DNA of 64,000 bases from Alphaproteobacteria bacterium (GTDB lineage Bacteria; Pseudomonadota; Alphaproteobacteria; UBA828): assembly GCA_963422645.2 (NCBI GenBank), contig CAXXVO010000011.1, positions 1 through 64,000 on the forward strand, given 5' to 3'. This document shows positions 61,552-64,000 of this stretch, in pieces. Position 1 is the first letter of the stretch. Every line of letters begins with the position of its first letter. The notes under the pieces are model-generated. The model saw only the letters and a list, made by a program, of their open reading frames with translations. It made no database searches and was not told the DNA's origin. Both the position numbers and the translations under genes were made by a program.

Positions 61552-62475
61552 TTGGCGGTCTCGCTCATCGTCGAGCAGCTCCTGAACGGCCTTCAGTTCG
61601 GCTTCATGCTCTTTCTGATGGCCGCAGGGCTGACGCTCATCTTCGGCGTCATGGGCCTCATAAACCTGGCTCACGGCTCGTTCTACATGATCGGCGCGTT
61701 CGCCTGCGCGGCGGTCGCAGCCGCAACCGGCTCCTACTGGGTGGGGCTCGCGGCGAGCCTGGCGGCGGCCGCGGCAGCCGGCGCCGTCGTCGAGATCGTC
61801 GTGATCCGGCGGCTCTACCGCCGCGACCATCTGGATCAGGTGCTCGCGACCTTCGCACTGATCTTGGTCTTCTCCGAAGGCACCCGCTGGGTGTTCGGCT
61901 CCTTTCCGCTCTATCTCACCGTGCCCGAGATTCTCTCGGGCCCGGTCGCGCTGCCGGGCGGGATCGACTACCCGCTCTTCCGCTTCGCGATCATCCTGAT
62001 CGGACTGCTGATCGCCGTCGGCCTCCACCTCCTGATCACGCGCACGCGCCTCGGCATCCGCATCCGGGCCGGCGAATCCGACCGAGAGATGATCGCCGCC
62101 CTCGGTGTCGACATCCGCAAGCTCTACACCACCGTGTTCGCGCTCGGCGCCGCGCTGGCGGGCTTCGCGGGCGCGCTGGTGGGCACGCTTCAGTCAGTGC
62201 AGGTGGGCATGGGTGAGCCCGTGCTGATCCTGGCCTTCGTCGTCATCATCATCGGTGGCATCGGCTCCATCGGAGGCGCCCTGGTCGGCGCGCTGCTGGT
62301 GGGGCTTAGCGATACCCTCGGGCGCTTCCTGCTGCCGGTCGCGTTTGGCACGTTCATGGAATCGTCGAGCGCCACTAACGTCGGCTCGGCGCTGGCCTCG
62401 ATGTTCATCTACATCCTGATGGCGCTGGTTCTCTTCCTACGCCCGACCGGCCTGTTCGGACTCAAGGCGCACTAG
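61552..62475 (+). CDS. Branched-chain ABC permease (LivH-like)
   Basis: GLTLIFGVMGLINLAHG and FVVIIIGGIGS motifs. Confidence 0.92.
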   Translation: MAVSLIVEQLLNGLQFGFMLFLMAAGLTLIFGVMGLINLAHGSFYMIGAFACAAVAAATGSYWVGLAASLAAAAAAGAVVEIVVIRRLYRRDHLDQVLATFALILVFSEGTRWVFGSFPLYLTVPEILSGPVALPGGIDYPLFRFAIILIGLLIAVGLHLLITRTRLGIRIRAGESDREMIAALGVDIRKLYTTVFALGAALAGFAGALVGTLQSVQVGMGEPVLILAFVVIIIGGIGSIGGALVGALLVGLSDTLGRFLLPVAFGTFMESSSATNVGSALASMFIYILMALVLFLRPTGLFGLKAH

Positions 62476-62476
62476 G

Positions 62477-63457
62477 ATGAGCCGCGAGGCGGCCATCAGC
62501 CTCCTGATCGCGGCCGGGCTGCTTGCCGCGCCGCTGCTCGGCAACGCCTTCGACGAACCCTTCGTCATCACGCTGGCGACGAAGGTGGCGATCCTCGGGC
62601 TTGCCGGCACCGGGCTCAATATCGCCCTCGGCTACGGCGGAATGGTCTCGCTCGGCCACGCGGCGTTCTTCGGGCTAGGCGGCTATGCGGCCGGCATCCT
62701 CGCGAGCCACGCGCTCAACTACGAGCCCCTCTTCACCGCGCCGCTGCTGGTCGAAGGCACGACGCAGATGCTGATCATCTGGCCCGTCGCAATCGTCGTC
62801 AGCGGCGTCGCGGCGCTGGTGATCGGCGCGCTCTCCTTACGCACCACCGGCGTCTTCTTCATCATGATCACCTTGGCCTTCGCCCAGATGGTCTACTACT
62901 TCGCCATCTCGTGGCCGGCCTACGGCGGCGAGGACGGGCTCTCGATCTACATCAGGAACGAGTTTCCGGGGCTCAACACGCTCAACCCGCTCCACTTCTT
63001 CGTCATCTGCTACGTCCTCCTCATCCTTGCGATCGGCTTTTCCTTCCTGCTCTCGCAGTCGCGCTTCGGGCTCGCGCTGGGCGGCGCGCGGCAGAACGCG
63101 CAGCGGCTGGCAACCGTGGGCATCAGCCCCTTCCGCGTGAAGCTCACCGCCTTCGTGATCTCGGGCATGATGGCGGGGCTCGCCGGCGCGCTCTATGCCG
63201 ACCTCAACCGTTTCGTGAGCCCGTCGATGCTGTCGTGGCACACCTCGGGCGAGATCATGGTGTTCGTAATCCTGGGCGGCACGAGACGGCTGTTCGGGCC
63301 TGCCGCCGGCGCCGCGCTCTATATCGTGCTGGAAAACACGCTGGGCGACGTCAGCGAGCACTGGCTTCTGCTGCTCGGCGCGCTGCTGGTCGCGCTGGTG
63401 CTCTTCGCCCGCGGCGGAATCATCGGCATTCTCGCAGGCCAACCCCGCCATGCCTGA
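62477..63457 (+). CDS. Branched-chain ABC permease (LivM-like)
   Basis: GMVSLGHAAFFG, FIMITLAFAQ and VILGG motifs. Confidence 0.92.
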   Translation: MSREAAISLLIAAGLLAAPLLGNAFDEPFVITLATKVAILGLAGTGLNIALGYGGMVSLGHAAFFGLGGYAAGILASHALNYEPLFTAPLLVEGTTQMLIIWPVAIVVSGVAALVIGALSLRTTGVFFIMITLAFAQMVYYFAISWPAYGGEDGLSIYIRNEFPGLNTLNPLHFFVICYVLLILAIGFSFLLSQSRFGLALGGARQNAQRLATVGISPFRVKLTAFVISGMMAGLAGALYADLNRFVSPSMLSWHTSGEIMVFVILGGTRRLFGPAAGAALYIVLENTLGDVSEHWLLLLGALLVALVLFARGGIIGILAGQPRHA

Positions 63458-64000
63458 GCCGATCCTCCAGACCGAGAAGCTCTCCAAACGCTTCGGCGCG
63501 GTGGTCGCGAGCGACGAGGTAACGCTCGACCTCAAGCCCGGCGAGATTCACGCGCTGATCGGCCCCAACGGTGCGGGAAAGTCCACCGTCATCAAGCAAA
63601 TCGCGGGCGAGATCCGGCAGGACGGCGGCTCGATCCGCTTCGCCGGCCGCGACGTCGACCGCCTGGACATGGTGGCGCGCGCCCGGCTCGGGCTAGCGCG
63701 GACCTTCCAGGTCTCATCCGTCGCGCCGGAGTTCTCGACGCTGCAGAACGTCATGCTGGCGATCCAGTCGGTGGAGCGGAAGACCTTCCGCTTTGTCAGG
63801 CCGGCACTCAGGGACACCCCGCTGGTCGAGCAGGCGATGTCCCATCTCGTGCACCTCCTGCTGGACGACAGGGCCGAGATCCGCGCGGGCGATCTGTCGC
63901 ACGGCGAGAAGCGGGCGCTGGAGATCGCCATCGCGCTCGCGCTCAGGCCCAAGGCGTTCCTGCTCGACGAGCCCATGGCGGGCATGGGGCCGGAGAACAC
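63450..64000 (+). CDS. Branched-chain ABC ATP-binding protein (LivG-like), runs off the window end
   Basis: ATG at 63450; IGPNGAGKST, ARTFQ, LSHGEKR and LLDEP motifs. Confidence 0.9.
   Translation, partial: MPEPILQTEKLSKRFGAVVASDEVTLDLKPGEIHALIGPNGAGKSTVIKQIAGEIRQDGGSIRFAGRDVDRLDMVARARLGLARTFQVSSVAPEFSTLQNVMLAIQSVERKTFRFVRPALRDTPLVEQAMSHLVHLLLDDRAEIRAGDLSHGEKRALEIAIALALRPKAFLLDEPMAGMGPEN

Overview
GC-rich bacterial DNA, probably from an alphaproteobacterium (inferred from the suf operon with an Rrf2 regulator, bamD-recN-ligA, DUF1285-Nudix-cca, and a GTCATGGCCGGGCTTGTCCCGGCCATC palindromic repeat). Core genes: tRNA-Pro, a suf Fe-S operon, acetoacetyl-CoA synthetase, a CUT1 ABC transporter with acoABC, cca, hydantoinase/oxoprolinase genes, lipB, ligA, recN, bamD, serC, serA, rmuC, sdaA, an amidase and a branched-chain ABC transporter. 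Many mobile elements are overlaid on these, and their ends and target-site duplications (TSDs) can be read from the sequence. (1) A decayed tandem tyrosine-integrase element lies on the 5' side of tRNA-Pro, cut by an IS66 and a 91-bp IS21-like miniature element. (2) A 111-bp MITE interrupts an ABC solute-binding gene. (3) A 9.2-kb nested stack (45228-54385) splits a fused hydantoinase A-B gene. It holds an outer IS remnant, a putative transposable-phage end module ((PT)28/FN3-like protein, 2OG-Fe(II) oxygenase, tail-chaperone-like ORF), an IS66 carrying a DNA adenine methyltransferase, an IS4 and an IS21. (4) An IS4 has a transposase fused to a DUF4338/Mom-like GNAT domain. The most notable signals are two unrelated IS elements that each carry a putative DNA-modifying enzyme, and the pairing of a prolyl-hydroxylase-like enzyme with a (Pro-Thr)28 protein. 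Family assignments come from motif recognition only; no database search was run.
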